In this document: piece by piece, positions 49,493 through 61,556 of the stretch
Position numbering within the stretch: position 1 is the stretch's first letter
Layout: every line of letters starts with the position of its first letter
NCBI GenBank assembly: GCA_030295235.1
Contig: AP026124.1
Span: forward strand, 868,001 to 932,000
Direction: 5' to 3'
DNA length: 64,000 bases
DNA from: Fistulifera solaris
Lineage: Eukaryota
The notes under the pieces: model-generated
Told to the model about the DNA's origin: nothing
The model's input: the letters and a program-made list of their open reading frames with translations, nothing else
Database searches by the model: none
Made by a program: the position numbers and the translations under genes

Positions 49493-50865
49493 TTAAATAG
49501 GCACGTAGGGCTTATCAATAATATGCTTGTGTTTACCGAGAGTGCCGTGACTGACCATGGCTCCAAGGGCATCCACAACAATACGAAGAGCCATCAAGGA
49601 TGTAATATCGGCGTGATCATAAGGGGGACTGACCTCAACGACTTCCATACCACACAATCCTTCCTTGGCAATCAGACCCACCAACTTGAGCGCTTCACGA
49701 GGCAACAAACCGCCGGGCTCGGGCCAGCCTGTGCCAGGAACAAACGCCGCTTCAATCGAATCAATGTCGTAACTCATGTACACCGCATCACACCCGTCCC
49801 AGGCCCTCTCCAGCGCCATTTCTGCAATCTTATCAATGCCATATTGCTCAATGTCGTCCATGGTAAAGATATTGGTTTCACGCTCTACCATATTCGCCAC
49901 CGCCGGGCGCGGAACCTGCCACCCGCCAATTCCTATCTGCACCAAGTTCTTGGGATTGACGTTGGGCAAATTAGTGGCGTGGAAGTAGGGAGTCGTGTGC
50001 ATTCTCTCGTCAAGATCTTTTTCTTGAATATCGGCATGTCGATCCACGTGGATGATTCCAATGTTCTTTGACGTGACAGATGCGATACCACGTACGGTGG
50101 GAAAACCGATCGAATGGTCACCTCCCAGGATGATGGGCATAGTCCCCGTGGAAGCGATATGTGCAACAGCATTTGAAATCTGATCAAACGACTTTTCAAT
50201 ATTGGCAGGAATTGTGAAGACGTCACCGATATCGCAAAGTGTCTAAACAAAGTACGGAATGAGAACCAACAGAAGCAAAGGAGCGCAAAACCCATGGTCA
50301 CTTTTGTGTCTATTTACCATTTGTTCGCGGAGATCAATACCCTTTTCGTAATTGTAGGGCGTATACAAGGCCGAAATGCGTCGGATTCCTTGAGGACCAA
50401 AGCGCGTACCCGGACGGTAGGTGCAGCCTCCATCGAACGGAACGCCGACGACGGCACAATCGTACATGCCGACCTGGCGAGCATCTTCGACGTACGGGGC
50501 CTTGAGAAACGTGTTAATACCCGCAAAATGAGGAAGTTCTCCTCTGGAGAAAGTCGGAATTGTCTTATCTTCTAACGAAGAAGCACCCGGAAGACCAAAT
50601 TCCAGTGCATGGGCAATTTCTTCGTCAAACTTGGTCCTCGGAATTTCTGCTTCCTGAACGATTGAAAAGATTGAGATGAAAGGACTTGCACGAAAGAGTC
50701 GAAAGAATCGTTTGAAATACTTACTTTCAAAGCAGCCTTCCATCCCTTGGTAACCTTCGGATTGAAGGGATCGGGGTGATGAGCACGCGCTTGCTGTAGA
50801 GTCAAAGAAGCTCTAGCGATTTCGCGTGCAACAAGCTTGTGAGTGAGGCGATTGGCAATGGACAT
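49493..50865 (-). CDS. gdmH: Ureohydrolase (agmatinase family) with guanidine hydrolase GdmH hallmarks
   Basis: Introns 50654-50724 and 50243-50317. Motifs FSRGELPHFAGINTF, TYRPGTRFGPQGIR, GGDHS, DRHAD, DERMHT, DIDS and GTGWPEPGG. Confidence 0.85.
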
Positions 50866-51521
50866 GTGACGATATCAATGAGTAGATGAATGTTCTATCA
50901 ATCGAATTATCTATTGATGACTATTTCTGCTGTTAACATGCATCAATGAACAAAATACGTTCGTGCGGTGCCGAAGATCTTCCGATAATTGGAGAGCACA
51001 AAGAAAATGTGACACTGTCCCATCAACATCAAGGCAATTTACATGTGGAGTGAAAATACGACACGGATACGTGCAATTTCAGTCCCTGATAAAAGGTTCG
51101 GGTTATGAGCTGCGACTATGAATATCGGACCGGTACGGTACCAGGTACTTTGTATGAATTCAATTTACCGCACCGTGCGACGTGCGACATACGTACTGGT
51201 ACGGCGCAGATTCGAACACGCATCGGAATTTCCGATTTCCTGTTCTTCTTCTTGCATTTTTGCGTTCTCACGAGACCGTCCCACGCCACCGGGCCACGTA
51301 CGTAGTACGTCTTCGTAGGTGTGTACGGGTCGTTGCTTCTTTTCGTTAGCAATTAGCAAACTCCGTAATTCAAAGCGTGAATCTCATCAATAGAATCACT
51401 CAAACAGTCAAGCAAGCCCTTGCTGGACTTCTAGTGGTTTTCACCGAGAGAACACGCGTAATTAAGCAGCCCTCCGCTGTTGTTTACCTCTCAAAGAACG
51501 CCAACTTCATAATACACTTTC

Positions 51522-52240
51522 ATGTCCCCATTTCGTGCGCAAGGCCTTAAAACGGTTCTCACTCATGTAGCGATCGGCATGGGATCTGCGTCGTTGTAAG
51601 TGATAAATGTTTTGAGCGAAAGGATCCATAAAAGAGGCGAGATTCTCACAATGCCTTTCGTTCCCGTCACAGTTGGAGAGGAGCGTGGTATGTTTTAGAC
51701 GATCATTTGTTTCCCGAAAACAAAGAATACTCTGCTCTCGCGTCCTTTGGTCTAGGAACGTTAGGTATGGCTGCTTCACAAGGTTTAGTGGCTCGCATGG
51801 AAAATTTCGCAAAGATGGAGAAGTATCCAGTTCGATTGTCTCTTTTGCGTTTTGGTGCTTTGTATTCGATTGCCGTTTCGTGTGTACTAGTCTGGCGAGG
51901 AACATGGATCGGTTGGGATTGCCTCTATGCTCGCATGCATCCACTGATCGCTGAAAACGAAAGAAAGACGGAAACCATCAATGCCACCGACCCCGGACAC
52001 GCGACCAAGTCCGGGTTTCTCAGTCATGTGGCCGCTTGTACCATCCTCATGGGAACGGGATTTTTCGCCAGTGTTCTCGCACCTCCGGCTGCGGCAAGTG
52101 TCATACGAGATCTCGCCGTCAGTACCGGCGGCAAAGTCTACAACGGACCAGCACAAAGTGTGGCACGGCAATTTCTAGGACGTGTGGTGGCCCCGACCCG
52201 TTCTGTTCATAACAATGCGACGAGACGGAATGTTAAGTGA
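51522..52240 (+). CDS. Fuseless-like small membrane protein
   Basis: Intron 51596-51672. Two copies of the W-R-G-x-W motif (FWRGAWYVLD, VWRGTWIGWD) with hydrophobic helices. Confidence 0.6.
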
Positions 52241-52454
52241 AGACGAGACTACATTCTAGGATGATCGGGAGTGTGGTGTTGCTCTACGATGTGAACCTTC
52301 ATCGTTACGGTTCCGGACGACACGCTGCTTCACGATCACCTTGTTACAATTTTGTGCCCAGCTAGCTTCGATAAGCAATAGAACAATTTTGACGATCGAA
52401 TGCGATTTGAACCGTAGTGAATGAACAAATTCGTTAACCAGTTTTATTAATTGT

Positions 52455-53164
52455 TTAATGCCCACCTTCTACTGAAGGCTCCAGACCGACTAGAGTGATA
52501 CCCACACAAATGAGAAACACGCCGAACCAACCACGGAACGTCAGAACCTCATGCAGTAAACACGCCCCCAGAACACAACCAAAAAAAACACTGCCACCGA
52601 TGATCGTCGGTATACTCTGCATCGCCTGCACTCCCAAACTCGAGACAAAAAAGCTCAGTATTTCGGCCGCTCCGACGGCAGCCCCCGCACAAACGGCCCA
52701 ACGAATACCCGCCGCGTCCCAGTACAGAACATTCTCCTCATCTTCCGAGTTTTGAATGATAATATAAGACAGTAAGAGAGATCCCAGTAGAGCAGCAACG
52801 ATCTGTAACACAACACCACCCAAGATTGGGTGGATGGAAGCGGATCCTTTTTAATGAAAATGTTGTAAAAGGCATACGCGAGTGCACAAAGAAGGGCGGG
52901 GCCGATCCACACCGCGAGAGGTGGCGATGCTACGGACTGCAGTGAATCGGAAGAAACGAGCTCCACCAAAGTGCGAGGATCCATGGATCCTCCTTTTGTG
53001 GTGGCTTTTGAACCGACCAGCAGTCCATCTCTTTCTGCAGCAGCTCGTTGGAGAAGACGACGACCGGGTGAAGCTTGACTTTTCGGAGAGTCAAAACGGA
53101 GACGGCCGTACGCTAGAGACGGAGATGACGGAGCTTGTCTTAAAGAGCTATTGGATGATCCCAT
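52455..53164 (-). CDS. DMT/EamA-superfamily small transporter (one ~5-TM domain)
   Basis: ALLCALAYAFYNIFIKK...VLGACLLHEVLTFRGWFGVFLICVGITLV. One missing A near 52850. Confidence 0.75.
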
Positions 53165-53482
53165 GATGCTGAAACAGTTCCTCAAAAATGGTTGATTGGA
53201 TGGCTGTTGTCTGAGAGTTCCAAAATTTTGTCGGCACTTTCATTTTCACATCAGAAAAAGATCTGTGAAGGTTGCGCGAAGTGTCAACCGAGGGCGAAGG
53301 AGGAATAATCATCGACCCGGTACTCCCTGTGTGCGGAAGAGTAAATTTGAGTACCGGGCTTAGGCAGAGGTGCATGATAAGAAACGTGGTAGCTGTCTGC
53401 GACTATTACTCTCTAGCACAACGTGTAAGCGACCTTTGTTCACGACTGGAATTCAGTCATGAGTCACATTTCGTTTTCGCAG

Positions 53483-53692
53483 TTAGTTGCGAACATCCCA
53501 CACCAACCAAGAAGATGATTCTGTAAGAGGCTAATGAGCGTTCATCCTTAATTTCCTGTTCTTCAAGAATGAGGCGTTGTTCGTGTTTCCTTCACTGTCG
53601 GCTACGCGTGTCTTCACCGTTGCAATAGAATTACGCGGGTGAACGTCTAAGGTAATTGTCATGCCTGTTATTGTTTTGACGAAGATTTGCAT
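53483..53692 (-). pseudogene. Degenerate ubiquitin-like sequence
   Basis: [31 protein letters not shown], then after a frameshift [22 protein letters not shown]. No C-terminal LRGG. Confidence 0.65.
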
Positions 53693-54001
53693 AATCTCTT
53701 GCTTTTTGCTATGCGAAACAACCTCTTTATTGCAAAGCACCGAGTTTTGTGTTTTTTATGTGGCTTTTTTTCTGCAACTGTGTGAAAAAACAAAGAAAAT
53801 CAGCTTATACCCGCGGGTGTGACATCAGTACCACGTTAGTCTGTCCATCATCAGACGGAATTTGGATGATGATGATGATTACTCGTAGTATTATTATTCA
53901 TTCGCACGTTTCACGATGATCCGATGACTTCTTCGGTGAATCATTATTCCTCATTCATTTGCAAAATTTGCAAGAACTATCGCCATTGTCACCAGAAGGA
54001 A

Positions 54002-54577
54002 ATGAAAGTTCCTTTATTTTGGTTGTTGTCGGTGATCTGCTCGCCTTACTGCCGTGCGGGCTCGTGGTTTGGTCAAGATCCAGGATGTACAAAGCCGTGT
54101 GTGCAAGGAGACGAATCCATTATGAGTCCGAAAGAGCATGGCACGTCGTGGACGCCTGTGCAGTCGCCGTTACGATGGGGATGCGATAGTCAAGTAGCCG
54201 ATCAAATTTGTAATTTCAACCGTCATTATGCGGAATATTCGGGTTATTGGCAAGCTACATCGTTCCTGGAAGAAGTTGACGGTGCGGTAAAGGAAGGAAC
54301 TCCTATCGTCTTTTATGACAGCAATACAGGGAAACCACTTTTCCGAGCGCCGGTGAATCGTTCGTGGGGAGAATTTTTGAAAGAATCTCGCAGTCATGGA
54401 TGGCCGAGCTTTCGTGATGACGAAGTCGTTTGGGAGAATGTTCGAGTGTTACCGGGCGGGGAAACTGTATCCGTCGATGGCACACATCTCGGGCACAATT
54501 TACCAGATAGCAAGGGTCGCCGGTACTGTATTAACTTGGTTTCGGTCGCCGGTAATCCGAATACGAGTCGTCCATAA
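54002..54577 (+). CDS. MsrB/SelR-like protein with signal peptide
   Basis: GKPLF, GWPSF, HLGH and RYCIN motifs. Confidence 0.75.
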   Translation: MKVPLFWLLSVICSPYCRAGSWFGQDPGCTKPCVQGDESIMSPKEHGTSWTPVQSPLRWGCDSQVADQICNFNRHYAEYSGYWQATSFLEEVDGAVKEGTPIVFYDSNTGKPLFRAPVNRSWGEFLKESRSHGWPSFRDDEVVWENVRVLPGGETVSVDGTHLGHNLPDSKGRRYCINLVSVAGNPNTSRP

Positions 54578-54826
54578 TCGAAGTCGAGTATTTTTATAGC
54601 ACACGCTGGCGAATTCTTTTGCGCCGTCAAGCGAAGGCTTGACAATTTAGATTAGTACATAAAACAAGTCTGTTTAGGTCGATAGTGTTTGAAGTGCTTC
54701 TAGTCGCCCATGTTCTTCAGTGTCGGCTGAGCAAGTCGACCAGTATTGCACGAGACAAGATATGCAAGAAAGTGGTGGTCATATATAAGCTATGAGATGC
54801 AAGTTAGTTACCTTTTTAGCATTCCT

Positions 54827-57800
54827 CTAGACAGAAGCTAAAGCTCCCAGACTCGCATTCACTTTAGCTGCTTGATCCTCCAACTCAGCAAGTTCAGCAC
54901 GAGCTTTTTCTACAACATCAGCCGGTGCTTTATCTGTGAATCCCTTCGACTGCAGTCGGCCAGCAAGCTTCTCAATTTCTTTCGATAACTTTTCGCTCTG
55001 CTTTTCCAGTCGCTTTCTCTCTTTTACGGGATCGATTAGACCCGAAAGTGGTAGATAAGCCTCAACTCCCTCCTGCACCACGAGTTGAACAGACTCAACA
55101 GAAGCAGCTGTCTTCGCCTCCTCTGAACCAGCTTCATACACGGCCACCTGGTCAGGATCCAACTTGGCCAAAGCAACAAGCGATTTGATCTCTTTTCAAT
55201 TGCTTTCTTGATATCGCCACTAGCGATGACGACTGCGCTGATTCTCTTGCCCGGTTCCACATTGTATTCAGCCCGGGCGTTTCTTATTCTACGTGTCAAG
55301 GCCTGGAAGCATTCGAATTTATTCACGCTACTCTTATCAGTCACGAGCGGCTGCGCGTCATCCATTTGTGGCCAATTTGATAACATGAGAGCATTGGTTG
55401 CTTGTCCCACTGCTTTGGGACGTGGTAAGTGATGCCACAATTGTTCTGTGACGTAAGGCATGTAAGGATGCAGAAGCTTCAGACTAGTGTCAAGGACATA
55501 GACCAAAACACGGCGGGCAATCTTTGCTTCTTCTTCGTTGCCACCGCCTGCGCCTTCGTAAAGTCGGGTTTTTGATATCTCGATATACCAGTCGGCAAAC
55601 TGATCCCACAAAAATTCATAGACTTTACTTCCAGCGGAGCCCAGTTGGTACTTCTCGAGGTCTTCCGTGACCTCAGCCACCAGAGTGTGACATTTTGAAA
55701 TAATGTACCGTTCCGGCAACGCCATTTTCTCGAACTCCTCTTTTAGAATAGGTCCATCAACCCCGAGACTATCGAGTTCGGCTTGATCAGCACCTTTCAG
55801 TGCATTTCCAGTTACGAACTTACAGCAGTTCCACAGCTTATTCGCGAAGTTTCTGTTTGATTCAACCTTCTCCATGTTGAGAGGAATATCCTGTCCCGGT
55901 GTTACGCCAGTCACGAGAGAATACCGGAGACTGTCAGCACCATATTCAGCGACAGTGTCCAAAGGATCAATGACATTGCCCTTAGTCTTCGACATCTTGC
56001 TTCCATCCGCGGCCCGAACAAGACCGTGCAAATAAATGACACGAAAAGGACTCTCGCCCGTTAACTCTAGACCCATCATGACCATTCTGGCAACCCAGAA
56101 AAACAAAATGTCATAACCTGTCTCCAGGCATGTAGCAGGGTAAAACCGCGAAAGATCAGTATCCGGTTTCCCCTCATCCTGTGGCCAACCGACGGTGGCA
56201 AACGGCCAAAGACCCGAACTGAACCAAGTGTCGAGCACATCTTCTTCTTGTCGTAGCACAACATCAGCCGTGTGACCTTGCGCAATTGCCTTTTCTCGAG
56301 CTTCCGCTTCGTTCCGGGCAACAATATACTCAGCGTCACCAGACTCTCCAACATACCATACCGGAATTCGGTGCCCCCACCAAAGTTGACGGGAAACACA
56401 CCAATCATGAATATCTGTGAGCCAGTTCGACCATATTTTATCGAATCGCTGGGGTACAATTTGAATGTCTCCATCCTGAACTGCCTTCAAGGCCTTGGCA
56501 CCCATGCCTTCCGTTTTCACGAACCACTGACTACTGATCAAAGGTTCGATGATTTCACCTCCGCGCTGTGAACGGGGAACACGTTGATTATGCGGGTCAA
56601 CCTTAATTACAAGACCTTCTTTTTCCATATCAGCCCACAGTGACTCTCTGCACTCGAATCGATCCTGTCCTTCGTATTTGCCCGCGTTTGCGTTCATGGA
56701 TCCGTCTCTGTTCATTACGTTAATAATTGGCAGATCAAACTTTTTTCCAAGCGTATAGTCATTAGGGTCATGTCCAGGTGTAATCTTCAATGCTCCTGTA
56801 CCAAACTCCATATCCACGTACTCGTCAGCGATGATAGGTATAGTTCTCCCTCCGCTCATGGGCACTACAACTTTCTTTCCAACCAAATGTTTGTATCTCT
56901 CATCTTCAGGATGAACGCACACAGCGGTATCTCCAACAATGGTCTCTGGACGCGTTGTCGCGACTGGTAAAAATTCTTCAAGGAACGACAGCAAAAATAC
57001 GACTGAGCTCTCTCGAACAATATGTCACAAAGCAAGCGCCATGAATTACATACCTTCACTACCGTCAACCATGTACTTGAAATAGTAGAGCTTGCCTTGT
57101 TCTTCCGAGTATTCCACCTCTAAGTCACTGACAGCTGTTTTCAGCTGGGGCGCCCAGTTGACCATGTACTCGCCACGATACACCAATCCCTTCTCGTGCA
57201 ATCGAACAAACGCTTCAGCAACTGCTTCGCTCAAAGACGGATCCATAGTGAATCGTTCGCGGCTCCAGTCAGCCGACGCTCCTAGTGAGCGCAATTGACG
57301 AGTAATGTGTCCTCCTTGTTCTTCTTTGTATTCCCAGACCCGTTTTAAGAATTCTTCTCTCCCAACTTCTTCTCGCGTCGTTCCTTCGGCTCGGAGCAGT
57401 TTCTCGACTTGCAGTTGCGTCGCAATACCCGCATGATCGGTTCCCGGTAACCACAGAACCGGACGTCCTCGCATGCGATGAAATCGCGCCAACACATCTT
57501 GCAACGCGACGAAAATAGCATGTCCCATGTGCAAACGGCCCGTCACATTGGGCGGGGGCATGGGCAACACGTAAGGTGGTTTGTCTGTTTTGCTCGAATC
57601 TGCTGGTTTAAAACAGCCAGAACTCTCCCACCATTTATAGATTTCCTCTTCAAAAGAAGAAGGGTTGTATTGATCGAGACCCTTCTCTTTGTTCAAGACA
57701 TCGTAGCTCTTCGATGTGGATCCGGTCGTGCTCGCGGTAGAAAAGAGACGCGTTTGACTTCGTTCTTGTAATGCGAGATTTGCAATCGAACGTGACGAAA

Positions 57801-57927
57801 ACTTGGTTCGAGCTGAATTTACAAAAGCCCCGCTACGCATGAAGGCAGCACGAGCTGGGCCACTGATCCAGCACAGGAAACAGGCCACCATTAGAGGACT
57901 ACTTTGTGACGAGACCAAACGTGGCAT
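54827..57927 (-). CDS. valS: Valyl-tRNA synthetase, organellar (plastid-type leader)
   Basis: PPPNVTGRLHMGH, GTDHAGIATQ, SRQLWWGHRIP, KMSKT and a C-terminal coiled coil. Intron 56976-57053; indel near 55195; leader ending ARA-AF. Confidence 0.97.
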
Positions 57928-58620
57928 CCCTCACTCAACGACACCGCTAGAATCGACACGAACAATTAATAGAAACTGTAATCAAGGAAGGACGCGCTTC
58001 CCTTGTCAATTGTGGATGGATCTTCACTTTGATAGAGTACTTGGCAGTGAGCTTTCGAGACAGACCATAAAGATAGAAGAAGACGCTGAACTTCTGACTT
58101 GACAAGAAAATGATGGCCTCGTCTGGATGTCACCCGTCATTTCTCAATCGTCACACGAGCCAAGGACGAGCAATCTCCGCGTAGATTACGCGAACACGTG
58201 GAAGTTGAAACACGAGTTTAGGTTTCTCCCTCCAACCTCGCCGGGTCGTGTCATCCCGGTACCCAATACTGACGCACTAGTTAGAACTAGTCTGTCTTGA
58301 GTACCGTACGATTTCAAAAAGCTACGGACAGGCGACGATGAACACGGCGCAAGAAAATCATCATCGATTTGATTCATGGCAGTCCGAGAATCATCTGCAA
58401 CATCAACTTGACAAGAATTGGATGTTTGTTTGCCCTTACATTCTTTCAACAGACACATCAAAAGAGTCCTAACTCCTCTCTACAATGGAATTATAGCTAC
58501 CATATCTCAGGAAACCATTTTTGCATAGAAAACGAGAGACTTTCAAATTGACGAGTTACCTCGGATACATTTTCAAGGAAATTGTGTGCCTCATATTACA
58601 TAAATTAATCAAGTCTCAGG

Positions 58621-61536
58621 ATGCTGGACATCCCCACGTTTTTAATGAGATGGCTATTCCTCTCGAGCTTGTTAAGAGACGCAGCCGAGGTACAAACGCT
58701 TCCCTACCATCCCTATCAACCGCCGCCACAAATGCCAATGGCCAATCGGCAGATGGCCGAAGAAATATACAGAGACGATTGCGTGAGGGGAATATTATCA
58801 AACCCACCGGGACCTCAACGGATATTGGTGATTGACGCTTTGAGATGTAATTTAGTGCATCTTCTTTGTCAGGAACTGCAGCAAGCTGACCGCATTATCG
58901 ATCGAATAACCATTCGGCAAGCACAATTACGTCATCCTGTACAAGACGACAATGACAACACACTCGACGCAGACACTGAAATTATGAATGTATTTGAACG
59001 AAAACTATCGACTATTAAGAGTACGGATGCACAAGCTACGCATAGCGCCTCGCATCACGATGCAACTGAAGTTGCCCAAGATTCAACTTCCAGCGAGCCG
59101 ACAGAATCAGAGATACTGAGCGCTCGCCGTCTGATACAAGATTGCCGCGATTTCTTACCACAACTAGCTTCCGCTGCATTGAAATCACCAGGAGCCTATG
59201 ACCCTTATGTATCTGATCCTTTACTGAGATTACGACGATTATTGCTTCGGCGGTGTTTGCGAGATCCGAGTTGGGGTATCGAGTTGTGTTGGCAGTTGGA
59301 AGCGGAAGTCGGCAAAGCGTGGAAAACCTTATTTGAACATAGGCAGCAGACGGGAAGGAGACTAATAGTGGTTCTACCCGCCGAAAAAGCAATCGTTTTG
59401 GCAAAAATTGGTTCCGAAAAACGCGACGCTTTCGACCTCTTACAAGAAGCAGAGCAAGCGACTGCCTATGGCTACACGTCTTTTGATGACGAAAATTCTT
59501 TAAGTCATACAACAGATGAGCACCATTCCGTCCGACTCCCATCTAGTATCGGCCTCCGGCGGTGTAGTCATTTTGGCGACACGATGCACTTAATTGATCG
59601 TCTCACGAAGGTTTCATCTGACCTACGCCGCGTCCCGGCTGCTGAAAGAGAGGTACGCAAAATCATCTCCTTCGACTTTACTTGCGATTCTTTTCTGACG
59701 AATCCCATGTAGTCATTTCTTTTCCACAGTCTTAGCGAAATCAATCGGAGAATACGGAGGCGGATGGCGAGTAAAGGGGACATAAGTCTTGATGTGGAGG
59801 ATTTTCAGGAGGCGTACGGGTGGCCGCAGCTCACCGATCTCACCACAGATGACATTCAATACTCAGTACATCTTCCTTTAAGACCCCAAGCTGGTACATG
59901 GCCGTCAGGGGACGAAGTTTCTAATTCCGAGCTAAATTCTGATGCAACGCCTCATGGAGTGGTTCGGGTCCTGAACATTGTAGTTTCGGAGAGTAGGATT
60001 TTAGCATCACGGGAACGTTGTCCTTTCTTGATTCATGTCGAAGTGATCGACACGGGAATTGCAGGACATGATGCGAGACTTTATGCAGCGGGCCCGTCGG
60101 CGCTAGGATCCACAGTCGAAGAGGCTATTGGAGTTACTCACATGCCTCCGAGTGGAAAATCTAGCTCTCCATCTTACACATCAGACCCTCAGATGGGATA
60201 CAAAATCCCTCCCGAGTTACTTCAAGACCAAGCGTTTTCTGGCAGGTTCAACAATGGCGAACAATCCATTAATGAAAAAATTGTCATGGAGGCGAATGTC
60301 GACTCTGCGAAGACATTTCCACGTGGTGGTTGGCAACACGACGATTTCTTTCCAGACAATATGCCTGGCGGGTACTCCGAGACATCTATATACGACGATA
60401 TACGACAGCGGCAATTCGAACAACTTCATCAAGAGTTGCATCATCAGCCTCTGCACGCGCACCACCAGTATCATTTTCCCAGACCGCGACTTTTTGATAG
60501 GTGAGTGAAAATATCTGTGAAAATATTTGAGACGAAAGACGTCATTAGCTTGACGTCAACTAACATTTCTTCTAGACACCCGCACGATACCGGGAAAGCG
60601 CTTTTAGATAAAACCTTTGGGGCTAAGTGGAGCGAAAAGTGCAGAGAAATACGTGCTTCGTCCCCATACGGCCACTTAGAGAAATGGAGGCTAGCGTCAT
60701 TCATCCTCAAGGCCGGAGAAGATATCCGCAAAGAAGAACTTGTCATGCAAGTCATTTCCAAATTACTCCAGTGGTTTCAGGAAGAAATTCCTATAAAAGA
60801 CCGTCCGTACATGCGCCCATACACAATCATGTGCGTTGGTGGAGATGCTGGACTAATTGAATGTCTTTCAGATGCCAAGAGTGTGGATGAAGTCAAGAAA
60901 CGAACCGATGACTTCGTTTCTCTTAGAAGCTTCTTCGAACGTGCATTCCCGCGTTCGTCGCTTTTCCATAGCTTACCGGAAGGCGTTATCTCATTCGAAA
61001 CTGCGCAGGACAATTTTCTCCGCTCATTGGTAGGGTACAGTGTTGTGTGCTACATTCTCCAGATCAAAGACCGTCACAACGCCAACATTTTACTTGATCG
61101 ACAAGGCCATATTATGCACATTGATTTTGGCTTTGTATTAGGAGAGACACCCAAAATGGGTAAAGTTCCCATTTTTAGCGAAAGAGCGCCATTCAAGTTG
61201 AGCACCGAATTCTGGGACGTTCTGGGAGGTTGGAATTTAGCCGAGGGCGGCCTTGGAGTTAGATTTTGCAAGATGTTTGAGTTGGCATTCGCTTGCGCTT
61301 CTCGTCACGCTGATGAAATCGCTGGTCTAGTGGAATCGACCATGCTTTCACTCGATCCAAATCCTAGGAATTCACGCTTAATTGCCAACGGTGTGAGGAA
61401 CAGGCTTCGAATGAGGGGTGCAGCGAATTCTAGGGAACAAAAACTATTCGTCATGGATATTGTGAACGCAGCCTTAACATGTTGGGGAACGAGCACCTAC
61501 GACTGGCTGCAAAAGAACATGAATGGCTATCAATAG
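58621..61536 (+). CDS. Phosphatidylinositol 4-kinase (type III beta-like)
   Basis: SRERCPFLI, SSPYGH..W.L..FILKAGEDIRKE, QIKDRHNANILL and HIDFGF motifs. Introns 59653-59712 and 60501-60575. Start codon uncertain. Confidence 0.92.
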
Positions 61537-61556
61537 ACCGATGAAAATCGAAAAGA

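Noticed and set aside
49523..50071. Long antisense ORFs (e.g. 49523-50071, 32179-32670, 59036-59542)
   Set aside because: These are shadow frames opposite well-supported genes.
49300..51400. Guanidine riboswitch in the UTRs or introns of gdmH
   Set aside because: By eye I found no guanidine-I consensus, no paired ACGR hairpins (guanidine-II) and no convincing guanidine-III fold on the minus strand. An Infernal search would be decisive.
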